Below are positions 24,968 through 36,092 of a stretch of 64,000 nt of DNA, one piece after another. This stretch comes from Strigamia acuminata (Eukaryota), in assembly GCA_949358305.1 (NCBI GenBank), contig OX442314.1, forward strand, positions 9,920,001-9,984,000. The letters run 5' to 3'. The position numbers and the translations under genes are program-made. The notes under the pieces were generated by a model. The model had not been told where the DNA came from and ran no database searches. It worked only from the letters and a program-made list of their open reading frames with translations. The stretch's first letter is position 1. Every line of letters starts with the position of its first letter.

Positions 24968-26083
24968 TGTAATGAGCTCAAATTTCACTATAAAATAATA
25001 GTGAAATTTCTTTCTCATTGGTGCCGCATCGGGACTTATCAAAATTCTACTAAAACTCAACTCTAAAATCTTAACTGACTAATCAAAGAAGAAATAATCA
25101 CTAATTAGTTCTTAAATAAAGGAAAAAGATTTATTCTTGGCTTGAATAAACTAATAGTAAAATACAATTAAATAATAGGAATTAAAGGTAAAAGTAATAA
25201 TAATTGAAGGTGAAATGGCGAAAATAATACAAAATAGCGGCGATGGCTTGTCGCTCGCTCTCGAACTTCGTTCTTCACTCGACGCTCGCTCTCGAACCTC
25301 GTTCTTCGCTCGACGCTCGCTCTCGGACCTCGATACTCGCTCTCGGACCTCAATGCCCGCCCCAAACCTCAAAACGGCGTCTAAACTTCACTCTTTACTC
25401 ACGATGTTCATTCCTGGTTAAACCGGACAAATTTCCGAATTCTTGGTGACTTGAACTCGGACACAATTCCGACTCTTCTTCCTTGATGACTCCGTGGTTG
25501 CGGCAAATTCCGCTTTATGTTGACTGGGACAAATTTCCCAATGAGGATTTCTCATCCAAACAATGGCTGCTTGGCAAGAATGATGATCTCTCCAAACAAT
25601 GGCTGCTTGGCAAGATGAAAATCCCACTGATGAATATGCTCAATCAGCAAGATAAATTTCCCACTACTGGATGTACACAGTAGCAAGAACTCCCACAATA
25701 ACTTTATGTTATTGTAAGAAATGAGTCTCAATACTCAAGAACATCTCAAAACTGCTTTAGCAATTTGCAAGAAGGAGTCTAAATACTCAGGCAATCTTTC
25801 ACCAAATCCACTTGAAGAATTGTATTTTCCCAGGGTAGATTTTGTGACTTGTTGCTCTCAAAGTTGATTTCAGACTGAAGATTTTTCCTCATTCTCTGCA
25901 GGAAGCATTTCCTGTTACAGGAAGCTCATGGGCTGGTTGCCCTGGCAACCACCCTCATGTCTTCAAGTTATGCCAGACTTCCTGTTCAGGCATAAAAAAT
26001 AAACTCAAATAAAAATATGAAATATATAAAATATTTCCAGACACATTTCTGTTCTTCATCTAGTGACCACTAGGGTCACTACA
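24968..26083 (-). repeat. 3' LTR (1116 bp)
   Basis: No difference from 30751-31866 seen by eye; identical ORF-track translations; internal GCTCGCTCTCGAAC tandem repeats; minus-strand AATAAA near 25130. Confidence 0.95.
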
Positions 26084-26097
26084 CTTCCCCCCTTTTT
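26084..26097 (-). promoter_or_regulatory. Polypurine tract
   Basis: Minus strand AAAAAGGGGGGAAG abutting the TGTAGTG start of the 3' LTR. Confidence 0.9.
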
Positions 26098-26119
26098 GGG
26101 AAGTTAGTTCCTAACTTCT

Positions 26120-29100
26120 CTAAACTTCATCGTCGTATCCCGAGGCGAAATCCATAACTGGGATATCGGACTCGGACTTCAAAATTTTTGGTAGACCTCT
26201 TGTCTGGTCAATCTTTGCTCTGGACAACCCACTATTTAATCGAGCTGGTTGATTGACTTGCATTAGTTCGCCTTGGGATTTCGTTGGATCATTCCTTGTC
26301 GTCACCGATTGATTCTGTCCAGTAATTGCAACTGTTGTCCTGCTCCCAGGGCTAAAATCCTGCCAACCGCTTCTTCCGGCATATTCTTTCAATTGTCCGG
26401 TCCAGTTGACTTGAATAGGCAATTGGTCTTCAGTTGTGTGCTCAAACGATTTGGAACAGGCATCTTCCAAAACTTTGCCTGAGTCAGCTCGATCATTCTG
26501 AGTTTTAACATTCATTTCTGGTGTTGTCGCCACTAATTGTTGTTGCACAGCTGATGCGTTTGTTGCTTCAAAATTCAATGGCTTTTTGCTTTCCATTAAT
26601 GTGATTTTATTCCCTGCAATCTTCTCAATTTCAAGCCACTGCTTCTGGATTTCCGGTTGAGTGTTTGGCAAATCTACATGTTGAATTCTGAACTCCTCCA
26701 ATAAAAAACTTGCAACTGGCTGTTTTCCTTCAGATGTACTCTTAATTGTAACTGTAGTGGGCACTGTAGCTCTGCTGTCTGAATTGCTACAATCAGATTT
26801 TTTAACAGTATCTGAAAAATTAATCTTGGACTTATTTCCAATTGCAACTGCACTGACAATATGTTTCTGTAGGTCAGTTGATTCAGTGTAGCTTGCGTAA
26901 CTAAGCTTCATTGCAGTTTTAACTTCACTGGACTCCATGAAGTGTTGATCAACTTGGATTATTTGATTTGGTTGCTTTTCCAATAAATTAATTTTTGAAA
27001 TGTTTTCAGTTGTGATTGAGCTGGCAGCAAATTTTGGTAACTCAATTGATTGAGTGTTGTGTTGCTTCAAGTCAATTCTCTGCAAAGTTTTTTCCAAAAT
27101 TCTGTTTTCTTTTTCTGTTGGTCGTGGACCTTGTTTTTCAATTTGACCAATTGATGTTAATACTTGGCAATCTTGATTTTCTGGTCGTCCTTTCAATCCT
27201 GTATTTGTATGCTGTTTACTGCAAAGCATCTTGTAATCATCTGTTTGTAGAGGTTTTTCATTTTCATGTTCACTCCTTGTATCTCCAGATGTTTGGATTG
27301 TTTCTACCAGTTTAACTTCAGACCTTTCCTCTAATTGAATCAATTGCTGTTTAGCTTGGATTCTTTTCTTTGGCAGCTTCTCCACTTTTTCTTTGGTGTC
27401 TTGAGTTTCATTTGCCAAATCCAGTCGCTGATAACAATTTTTGATCAAAATTTTTACTTCCTGTAGGTCTTCAGAAGTTATATTTTCCAGTATGTTCTTC
27501 AGAGCCACGATGAAATATTTGGAGGGCCACTCTGAATTCTGCCGACATAATTTCGGTGAAAACGTGGAATCTTGTAACATTACATTATCTGTCAGTCGTT
27601 TGATCACTTTTCGAAGTTGTTTTCGAACAATTTTCGTTTCTCGAACCAGACATTTATTTTCTGATTTTCTAGGATTCCTGGATGAATTTTGATTCTTTTT
27701 CTCTTTTTCCATCACTCTTCCCCCCTTTTTTGGAAATGGTTGAACTTGTTCATCAGTTTCAAAATCTACACTTTTTGGAAAAAGCAATGGATTTTCTTCT
27801 AAGTTTTCAAAAATCAAATTTTCTGTGTCCGATTCGATAATTTTTTCTGCAATCTGTGCATCATCTTGGTTCTTCTTATCATCAGAATTTTGTGTATCCT
27901 GTAGAGGTTGCGCATTTTTGTGAGCTTGCATTTTGTCCGATTTGGACGCACTTTGTGTAATTTTATCACTTTCGACACCCTGTGTGCCTTCTGCATGTCG
28001 TGTGTCTTCTGCACTTTGCACACTTTTTTCTTTTTGTTGTCTACCATCTATGGCTGTTTTTTGGTCATTGAAATTTTCGAAATTGATTGATCTTTGATGG
28101 TGACGATCATTTTCGTTTGGCCAGCCTGCCATACATGTGTCAACTTGTGTTTGGCCAAGTTCTCTGTTTGCTGTGGACATTCTGATGTCATCTGGTTGTT
28201 GGAGGTTCTGCTTGTCCATGACATCAAATAACATTTTCTTCTGAGCAGGTGTTGAGGTTTGGTTATTATCTCTACCATATTTTGTATCGTCATTTCCTCG
28301 CTTTACTGCATTTCCTGTTGAATCCGTAATTGACTGTTCAACTTTCGACTGATGCATGACACTTGCTGTATTCCTAACTGGTGGACACCGTGAATGTGCC
28401 ATGTACCGCAGCTCTTGTGGATCTGGTTTTGACTTCTTTGCGTCTTCCTGAGCTGGTGGAGATGCTTTACGAAAATTTTCGTTTTCAACATGCAATGATG
28501 ATTCCATTGTCTTCCCTTCTACGACGAGTGCTTGATTAAAGCTGTCAATCTTTTCCATTTTTTCAGAAGGTGTCTTTTTTGCAAAATTAATCGAAAATGT
28601 TTTCATTTCTAGAATTAAGCTTTTCCTCGATTCAGACATTGTTTCTGTTTCTTCACCAGATGTAGATAACCTTTTTAATGCCTTCTTGACTGCATCCATT
28701 GCTACTGGCAATGACAATTTTTTGGCAACTTCAGAAAACCTTAAGTCCACTGGTGAGTTGTGTCTTTTCCTTGTGGTTACCTCAGCACTGGTCCCATATC
28801 TTAAAATTTTCTGGTCATCTCTGGATTGACGTTTCGTCTCTGCAGGACTGTCTCTAGTTTCGGTCTGTAAACGGCGACGTACTTCTTGTAATTTAAGTCG
28901 GGTTGGCGAGCGTACTGCTGATAATGCCGTGCTGTCAACTGATTTTCTGGTCGAAGTCTTCTTATCCGCCTTTATTAAACAACCTCTTTCTTCGGTTATT
29001 TCGATTGGTTCTTCGAACAACAATTTCGTGAGATCGCTTTTGCTTCGTGGAATGGATTTTACATTTTCAGATAATGAACGTACTGGAGATGTGGTGCGCG

Positions 29101-30487
29101 ATACGTAATGTCTTCGTGATTGTACTTTGTTGGCTTCGAATTTATTTTGTGTTTCGCGTATTTCAAGCTCCATTCTTATTTGCGCGAGTTTATTGTCCAA
29201 TTTGGTTTCACGTTCCTTGCGCTCTTCCACAAGTAATTGTTCCTGTAGTTTTTGCTCTTCTAATCTGTAACATTCCCTCCGCTGATCTCGATCATTCGCC
29301 GCAGCTATCCATGCAGCATATTCCTCGTGGGACATTGGTTCATTTATGTGGCAATAACATGCTTCATGCGTAATGTCTAGCATCCGGTCTTGTACTTCTC
29401 GCAGCTTGAGACGTGTTGGCGAAATTATTCTTTTCAACTGTGTCAAGTCGGTCCTGCAACTGGGTGAGAATCTTGCGCGATTTAGCAATAAACACTTTTG
29501 ACATGTGGCACGTGGTACGCATTGTTTTGGTGATTGCACTGTTTGCATTGTTAAATCCACTGATTCCTGGGAACTCGAGGGAGATTTTGCTAGACTTTCA
29601 TCCGTTTGTTTCAAGACGAATTCTTGTTCTTTTATTGCGTTTGCTGGTGAACCAAAGTTATACGACTCATTTCGATAAGAGTAACCATACTCGTTTTGCT
29701 GACACGCTTTGTCTTTGAAATGTGATTCACTTTTCTGGCGGGCTTCGTCCTGATAACGCGACTCATTTCGCTGATTTGAGTCCTCGTTTGGACGTGAGTT
29801 GTTCTTAAAACGTGATTCACTTCTGTGGCAAATTTCGTCATGATAATGCGACTCATTTCGCGGATCTGAATTTTCGCGTTGACGTGATTCGCAACAATAA
29901 CGCGACTCGTTTCGCGAATGTGAGTCCTCTTGTTGACACTCTTTGTCACGGTAGTGCGACTCATTTCGCGACTGGAAGTCCTCGTATTGGCGGAAATCGT
30001 CTTTGAGCGAATGTTCTCGTGACGTAGAAGGACCATGTTCTTCTTTTCTTTGATTAACTTCGCTTCGACTATCAAGTCCCGAATCATTTCGGTTATCATA
30101 TCGAATGTCGTATTTTGGTATATCCTGATCTCGTTGATCGCATCTTCTTTGATAGTTCTGTGGTGAAGAAGAATGACGCATTTCATTTTTATCTCTTGAT
30201 TGCCGTGTCTTATGGATTGTTAATGTACCACTTCTACTCTGGCTGGCTTGTAGTTGGTGGTCAGCCATCTTGATTGTAAAATCTTGGAAAAAATTTTCTT
30301 GATCCCGTTGAACAATCTTGGAATGTTTTCTGTCATCTGTGTTCTTAATGGCAATCGGAGACGACATATCTTCTGTGTGGTGTAACAATCCCAAATGTGG
30401 TGGCAAACTATATCTTTTCAATCGCAATGATGATTGTTGAACTTCCATGGTTGGTCTTTGTACTTGTTTCTTATGATGATCAGACAT
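26120..30487 (-). CDS. 1455-aa protein of unknown function encoded by the LTR element; hydrophilic, repeat- and coiled-coil-rich
   Basis: Uninterrupted ATG-initiated ORF filling the region between PBS and PPT in sense orientation; no recognisable retroelement enzyme motifs. Confidence 0.8.
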   Translation of the reverse strand: MSDHHKKQVQRPTMEVQQSSLRLKRYSLPPHLGLLHHTEDMSSPIAIKNTDDRKHSKIVQRDQENFFQDFTIKMADHQLQASQSRSGTLTIHKTRQSRDKNEMRHSSSPQNYQRRCDQRDQDIPKYDIRYDNRNDSGLDSRSEVNQRKEEHGPSTSREHSLKDDFRQYEDFQSRNESHYRDKECQQEDSHSRNESRYCCESRQRENSDPRNESHYHDEICHRSESRFKNNSRPNEDSNQRNESRYQDEARQKSESHFKDKACQQNEYGYSYRNESYNFGSPANAIKEQEFVLKQTDESLAKSPSSSQESVDLTMQTVQSPKQCVPRATCQKCLLLNRARFSPSCRTDLTQLKRIISPTRLKLREVQDRMLDITHEACYCHINEPMSHEEYAAWIAAANDRDQRRECYRLEEQKLQEQLLVEERKERETKLDNKLAQIRMELEIRETQNKFEANKVQSRRHYVSRTTSPVRSLSENVKSIPRSKSDLTKLLFEEPIEITEERGCLIKADKKTSTRKSVDSTALSAVRSPTRLKLQEVRRRLQTETRDSPAETKRQSRDDQKILRYGTSAEVTTRKRHNSPVDLRFSEVAKKLSLPVAMDAVKKALKRLSTSGEETETMSESRKSLILEMKTFSINFAKKTPSEKMEKIDSFNQALVVEGKTMESSLHVENENFRKASPPAQEDAKKSKPDPQELRYMAHSRCPPVRNTASVMHQSKVEQSITDSTGNAVKRGNDDTKYGRDNNQTSTPAQKKMLFDVMDKQNLQQPDDIRMSTANRELGQTQVDTCMAGWPNENDRHHQRSINFENFNDQKTAIDGRQQKEKSVQSAEDTRHAEGTQGVESDKITQSASKSDKMQAHKNAQPLQDTQNSDDKKNQDDAQIAEKIIESDTENLIFENLEENPLLFPKSVDFETDEQVQPFPKKGGRVMEKEKKNQNSSRNPRKSENKCLVRETKIVRKQLRKVIKRLTDNVMLQDSTFSPKLCRQNSEWPSKYFIVALKNILENITSEDLQEVKILIKNCYQRLDLANETQDTKEKVEKLPKKRIQAKQQLIQLEERSEVKLVETIQTSGDTRSEHENEKPLQTDDYKMLCSKQHTNTGLKGRPENQDCQVLTSIGQIEKQGPRPTEKENRILEKTLQRIDLKQHNTQSIELPKFAASSITTENISKINLLEKQPNQIIQVDQHFMESSEVKTAMKLSYASYTESTDLQKHIVSAVAIGNKSKINFSDTVKKSDCSNSDSRATVPTTVTIKSTSEGKQPVASFLLEEFRIQHVDLPNTQPEIQKQWLEIEKIAGNKITLMESKKPLNFEATNASAVQQQLVATTPEMNVKTQNDRADSGKVLEDACSKSFEHTTEDQLPIQVNWTGQLKEYAGRSGWQDFSPGSRTTVAITGQNQSVTTRNDPTKSQGELMQVNQPARLNSGLSRAKIDQTRGLPKILKSESDIPVMDFASGYDDEV

Positions 30488-30719
30488 GATGTTAATTTTT
30501 AGTAGATAGGATAATGAAGAAAGAAATAGTTTAACTTAGAAAAATATCTTCTAAACTCTGTTAACCATTTTCCCCCTTTTTTGTTTGAGAACCAAAAAAA
30601 AAAAAATTCACACCTATTCTTACTACAAATCAAAAAATAGAAGTTCCTCAATCTAATTAACCTATCACAAAACAATTTTCCAAACAAATTAGGTCCTTCA
30701 ACTAAATAAAAGTTGTTAA

Positions 30720-30748
30720 GGTTCAAATCTTTCAGGCCCAGGCCCCCA
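30720..30748 (-). promoter_or_regulatory. Primer-binding site (tRNA-Pro-like, extended)
   Basis: Minus strand TGGGGGCCTGGGCC two bases after the 5' LTR; plus strand reads GGTTCAAATC...GCCCCCA like a tRNA 3' half. Confidence 0.65.
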
Positions 30749-30750
30749 AG

Positions 30751-31866
30751 TGTAATGAGCTCAAATTTCACTATAAAATAATAGTGAAATTTCTTTCTCA
30801 TTGGTGCCGCATCGGGACTTATCAAAATTCTACTAAAACTCAACTCTAAAATCTTAACTGACTAATCAAAGAAGAAATAATCACTAATTAGTTCTTAAAT
30901 AAAGGAAAAAGATTTATTCTTGGCTTGAATAAACTAATAGTAAAATACAATTAAATAATAGGAATTAAAGGTAAAAGTAATAATAATTGAAGGTGAAATG
31001 GCGAAAATAATACAAAATAGCGGCGATGGCTTGTCGCTCGCTCTCGAACTTCGTTCTTCACTCGACGCTCGCTCTCGAACCTCGTTCTTCGCTCGACGCT
31101 CGCTCTCGGACCTCGATACTCGCTCTCGGACCTCAATGCCCGCCCCAAACCTCAAAACGGCGTCTAAACTTCACTCTTTACTCACGATGTTCATTCCTGG
31201 TTAAACCGGACAAATTTCCGAATTCTTGGTGACTTGAACTCGGACACAATTCCGACTCTTCTTCCTTGATGACTCCGTGGTTGCGGCAAATTCCGCTTTA
31301 TGTTGACTGGGACAAATTTCCCAATGAGGATTTCTCATCCAAACAATGGCTGCTTGGCAAGAATGATGATCTCTCCAAACAATGGCTGCTTGGCAAGATG
31401 AAAATCCCACTGATGAATATGCTCAATCAGCAAGATAAATTTCCCACTACTGGATGTACACAGTAGCAAGAACTCCCACAATAACTTTATGTTATTGTAA
31501 GAAATGAGTCTCAATACTCAAGAACATCTCAAAACTGCTTTAGCAATTTGCAAGAAGGAGTCTAAATACTCAGGCAATCTTTCACCAAATCCACTTGAAG
31601 AATTGTATTTTCCCAGGGTAGATTTTGTGACTTGTTGCTCTCAAAGTTGATTTCAGACTGAAGATTTTTCCTCATTCTCTGCAGGAAGCATTTCCTGTTA
31701 CAGGAAGCTCATGGGCTGGTTGCCCTGGCAACCACCCTCATGTCTTCAAGTTATGCCAGACTTCCTGTTCAGGCATAAAAAATAAACTCAAATAAAAATA
31801 TGAAATATATAAAATATTTCCAGACACATTTCTGTTCTTCATCTAGTGACCACTAGGGTCACTACA
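30751..31866 (-). repeat. 5' LTR (1116 bp)
   Basis: Direct repeat of 24968-26083. Confidence 0.95.
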
Positions 31867-32599
31867 AAATAAATAACCAATGACTATATATTTTACGTGA
31901 GTTTGGTGAAGACCGAACACCCAATTTTAAATTTCTAAAAAGTTTAGTGTTGGGCGCCATTTTCAATTTTTTTTTTCAATATTTTATTCTAGGGTTAAAT
32001 TGGGAAATTGAGCAAAAGTGTGGAATTGGGGAGGTGGTGAATACTTGACTCTTTGGGAGAGCTGTTCCATTGGCGTCTGCTTCCTTCTCACGACTCCCAA
32101 AGCTCCTTAATCATCTGTTTAAAAGCTCGCTCGCTCTTGCCATTTGATTTTCAAATATTAAGTTTACTTAAGCTCTTTTGACACTGCGGTTTCCTTTAGC
32201 AACAGTTGTAATGTGCAAGTGATAAGAACTTTTTCTTAAAGGCGAAGTTGTCTTATTTTTGGTTTTATCTTTTTAATTTGTTTAGTTAATTGAATTTGAA
32301 TATTAAAATTGAGTTTAAAAAGTTTGTTTAGGCAGTAATTAATTAGTAATATTTAATTAAAAGAATGTTGTGTGAAAATGGTGGCTGTGGGAATTTTTGA
32401 GTTTGTTTCACTGGTTGTTTAAAATGCAAAAATGTGATCCATAATTCATAAGGTTTTATGTTTGTACAAGTCAAAGTTTGTTTAATGTCAGTTATTCAAA
32501 TATCATGTTTAAATATCCTACTCAAATGTCAATGAAGTAATGCAGTCACATTGGTGGAAATAAAAGAAAAATGCCAACAATTGTGCAGTATACGGAAAG

Positions 32600-33310
32600 C
32601 TTTGCAAATCTGTTGAGATTTATGTAAATATTTGAAAATCTGTTGAGATTTATGTAAATATTTGAAAATCTGTTGAGATTTATGTAAATATTTGAAAATC
32701 TGTTGAGATTTATGTAAATATTTGAAAATCCGTTGAGATTTATGTAAATATTTGAAAATCTGTTGAAATCTATGTAAATACAGGGCATGGAAATCTTCTG
32801 ATATTTTAATAAATTCATGAAAATTGGCTGAAATCTTTACAAACCCATGCAAATATGCTGAAATCCATGCAGATACGCTGAAATCCATGCAAATATGCTG
32901 AAATCCATGTAAATATGCTGAAATCCTTGCAAATATGCTGAAATCCATGCAAATATGCTGAAATCCATGCAAATATGCTGAAATCCATGCAAGTATGCTT
33001 TAATCCATGCAAGTATGCTGAAATCCATGCAAATATGCTGAAATCCATGCAAATATGCTAAAATCTTTACAAATCTATGCAAATATGCTGAAATCTTTAC
33101 AAATCTATGCAAATATGCTGAAATCTTTACAAATCTATGCAAATATGCTGAAATCTTTACAAATCTATGCAAATATGCTGAAATCTTTACAAATCTATGC
33201 AAATATGCTGAAATCTTTACAAATCTATGCAAATATGTTGAAATCTTTACAAATCTGTGCAAATATGCTGAAATCTTTGCAAATCCTTTAAATTTTATGC
33301 AAACCTGTTA
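32600..33310. repeat. Compound minisatellite (30-bp and 20-bp GCAAATATGCTGAAATC units)
   Basis: Clear tandem arrays. Confidence 0.9.
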
Positions 33311-33842
33311 AAATTCAGGCAAACCTGTTAAAATCCAAGCAGATTTGCGGATAGCTACAATGTGCAAGACCAAGCTCTATCTTTTCAAATCAAATCCAAT
33401 CTGCATACAAATCTCATTGGATTTTCAAATTAAATTACCGCTATATCTTCAATTTGATTGATTGTAGTACCTCTTGGTTGTGCATCTTTATTGACGACGA
33501 TTTGGGAATATTATACATCGCTTTAACTTGCAAATTTATTTTATTTATTCACCGGTAATTTATTCAAAATACGACGCTCTAACTGTAATTATGTTGGAAC
33601 ATCCTTTCTAAATTTTAAAATATAAAATTTAAAACTACAATAGACCGGATTTGACTAGATCACAACATTTTCATTTCAACTCCCACGAGGAAATGAGCCA
33701 TTAAACATGCATTCAGCCTATCCTCTTAATGGAAAGATTTAAATTAAGATTGACGGGCCTAATTTGTTACCTCACCGAATAATAAATTGAATTAACATTA
33801 ATGCAAAAGTATTCCCACAGTGAAAAGTTCTTGCGCTTTGTA

Positions 33843-34270
33843 TATACTCGAGTTGCACTCAAAAAGGCACCTCACAATGTGTACTCCCATTGGTCGAGCC
33901 AGTTTACTACTAACTCCAGACTGTATACTACTACTAGGAGAAGTAGTTTTGTTTTTTATTTATTGTTGTGATTGTTATGACTAATTTAGTTTGTTATTTT
34001 GATTTTATTTAATAAAAAATGTTATTTCCATCATTAAAATGAAGTTTTACACATTAAAAAATGTCAAACTCATGTTTGTTGTGTTTATTGCTTACATCGT
34101 CTGGAAGTTTGAATTTTAGGCAGTTGTCTAGGCAATCGATTGCAATTTCTGTACATTGTAATGCAATTCTGTTATTTGGGTCTACTTTTCCGGATCACTA
34201 CACCAGTAAACTGGCTTGACCAATGGGAGTACACATTGTGAGGTGCCTTTTTGATTGCAACTCGAGTATA
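33843..34270. mobile_element. MITE with ~65-bp TIRs, TA-ended
   Basis: TATACTCGAGTTGCACTCAAAAAGGCACCTCACAATGTGTACTCCCATTGGTC.. mirrored at ~34205-34270; same TATACTC terminus as 4279-4533. Confidence 0.85.
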
Positions 34271-35172
34271 GTTGTATCACCTTTCATTTATTATCAGGTT
34301 TTTGTTTCACCCAACCAATGGGAGTTTGTCATATGTTTTCTGAAACAGTATCGCACTTTATTGGCATTTGTCACCAGCGGAAGTGTCGAAAAGATTTGCT
34401 CATAAATACAGTCTGAACACGTAGTGACGTTCCCACGATTAAGCCAATAAGTGCAGTTAAGCGCTCCATCTCTCTTCCGATTCTACTTATGGATCAGAGT
34501 GCGATTTAAGATGTCTTCGGCAACGTCCGCTGCTTCGCTGTCACATTAGAGACTATTGTGGTCAATGTCATATTGGAGACACCAGAAATGGGATTTGGTT
34601 GTGATGCTTTTGGGTATTGTCGATCACTTTGTGGATTAATGGTCTGTAGGGAATGTCAGAATTGATTGTCTTCGAAATCCATCAGGCGATCAACGGGACG
34701 TGAAATAAAGTAACATGCGTGTGTATGGGAGAATTAGTGGATTTCCAAACTGGATTTTTTTTATCGTCGTTATTTCATTGTGACAGTTGTGCAGTGGTCG
34801 ATGAAATGTAAAAGATTTCATTTCCTGCTTAACCATAGCAAGTGAGGAAATTGAATTGCTTGTCAGCAACTTGCTTTACATTAAACGTAGGTGTTAGGAA
34901 ATTGGTTTAATACATTTTTCCCCAGAGGAAATTTAGGGTCTTCCACCATTTGGATGCAAAACAAAAGAAATTAATCGTAGCAATAAAATCAGCCGTTAGC
35001 ATTTCCGCCGTACAAGTGCGTGACATGATTTAACCACGGACCACGGACCAAGGATGACATGGACACGTATCCACGTATTTCCTATTGATTCATTGTAGAA
35101 AATGTATTGAGTTTATAATTAAATGTTTTAACACTGAGTCATAGTCAGTCATTTAAGATATTGTCTATGTGG

Positions 35173-36092
35173 TAGGCTTGTGCGATTAATTTTTGTTCCG
35201 AATGCGATTGCGATATTGGATTGTTGCGATTTTTTGCGATATATTGCATTTGCGCAGTGTTGTGCGCGGTCCCGGTCCCGGTCCCGGTCCGCGGTCCGCG
35301 ATCCAGGACCGCCGGTCCGCGGTCCCGGACCGGGACCGGGACCGCGTTCCTTTTAAAAGGCCGGTACAGTACCGCGGATCGGGACCGCGTTTCTTTTAAA
35401 AGGCCGCTACAGTACCGCGGACCGGGACCGCGTTCCTTTTAAAATTCCGTGGACCGCGGACCGCTTTTGCGGTACATCTCGCGGTCCACGAGAAAACACG
35501 AGATCTCGTGTTTTCTCGTGGATCGCGAGATTATACCGCAAAATACGAGAATCTTGTAGTTTTATCGCGTTTTCAACTTAAAATTTGATATTTAATAAAT
35601 TAATTTTTTATTTTTTTATGAATCCAAAGCTGAAAAATTATATATATTCTTACAATGAATTTATTAAATATCAAATTTTAAGTTGAAAACGCGATAAAAC
35701 TACAAGATTCTCGTATTTTGCGGTATAATCTCGCGATTCGCGAGAAAACACGAGATCTCGTGTTTTCTCGTGGACCGCGAGATGTACCGCAAAAGCGCGG
35801 TCCCGGTCCCGGTCCGCGGTACACGGCGTACCGCGGACCGGGACCGCGGTTCTTTTTAGCTGCCGGAACAGGACCGCGGACCGCGCACAACACTGCATTT
35901 GCGATATATCGCGATATAATCGCAATCATCGCAATAATTCGCAATAATTTGCAATAATTCGCAATAATTCGCAATAATTCGCAATAATCGCAAATCGCGA
36001 TATATCGCAAACAGCAGCTAGTGAATTAAATAGCTGCGATATTCAACCAAAAAAAATCGCATTGCGATTAATCGCAAATTTGCACATGCCTA
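35173..36092. mobile_element. Middle hAT-like MITE
   Basis: TIR TAGGCTTGTGC / GCACATGCCTA; TSD CTATGTGG (35165-35172, 36093-36100); TGCGAT subterminal repeats. Confidence 0.85.
35255..35895. mobile_element. Inner hAT-like foldback MITE
   Basis: TIR CAGTGTTGTGCGCGGTCC; TSD CATTTGCG (35247-35254, 35896-35903); GGACCG subterminal repeats and long internal inverted arms. Confidence 0.9.

Larger units (their letters stand above)
24968..31866 (-). mobile_element. Complete non-autonomous LTR retroelement carrying a single orphan ORF
   Basis: Two 1116-bp LTRs with TG..CA ends, 4-bp TSD AAAT (24964-24967, 31867-31870), PBS and PPT both on the minus strand. Confidence 0.95.

Noticed and set aside
25151..25683. 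Short ORFs duplicated at 30934-31466
   Set aside because: They lie within the LTRs and partly in tandem repeats; the duplication only reflects LTR identity.
29632..30186. 184-aa overlapping ORF within the orphan ORF
   Set aside because: Alternate-frame reading across the RNES repeat array; no independent support.
26120..30487. env gene or captured host cDNA as the identity of the 1455-aa ORF
   Set aside because: No signal peptide or hydrophobic transmembrane segment, and no host domain I recognise; left unassigned.
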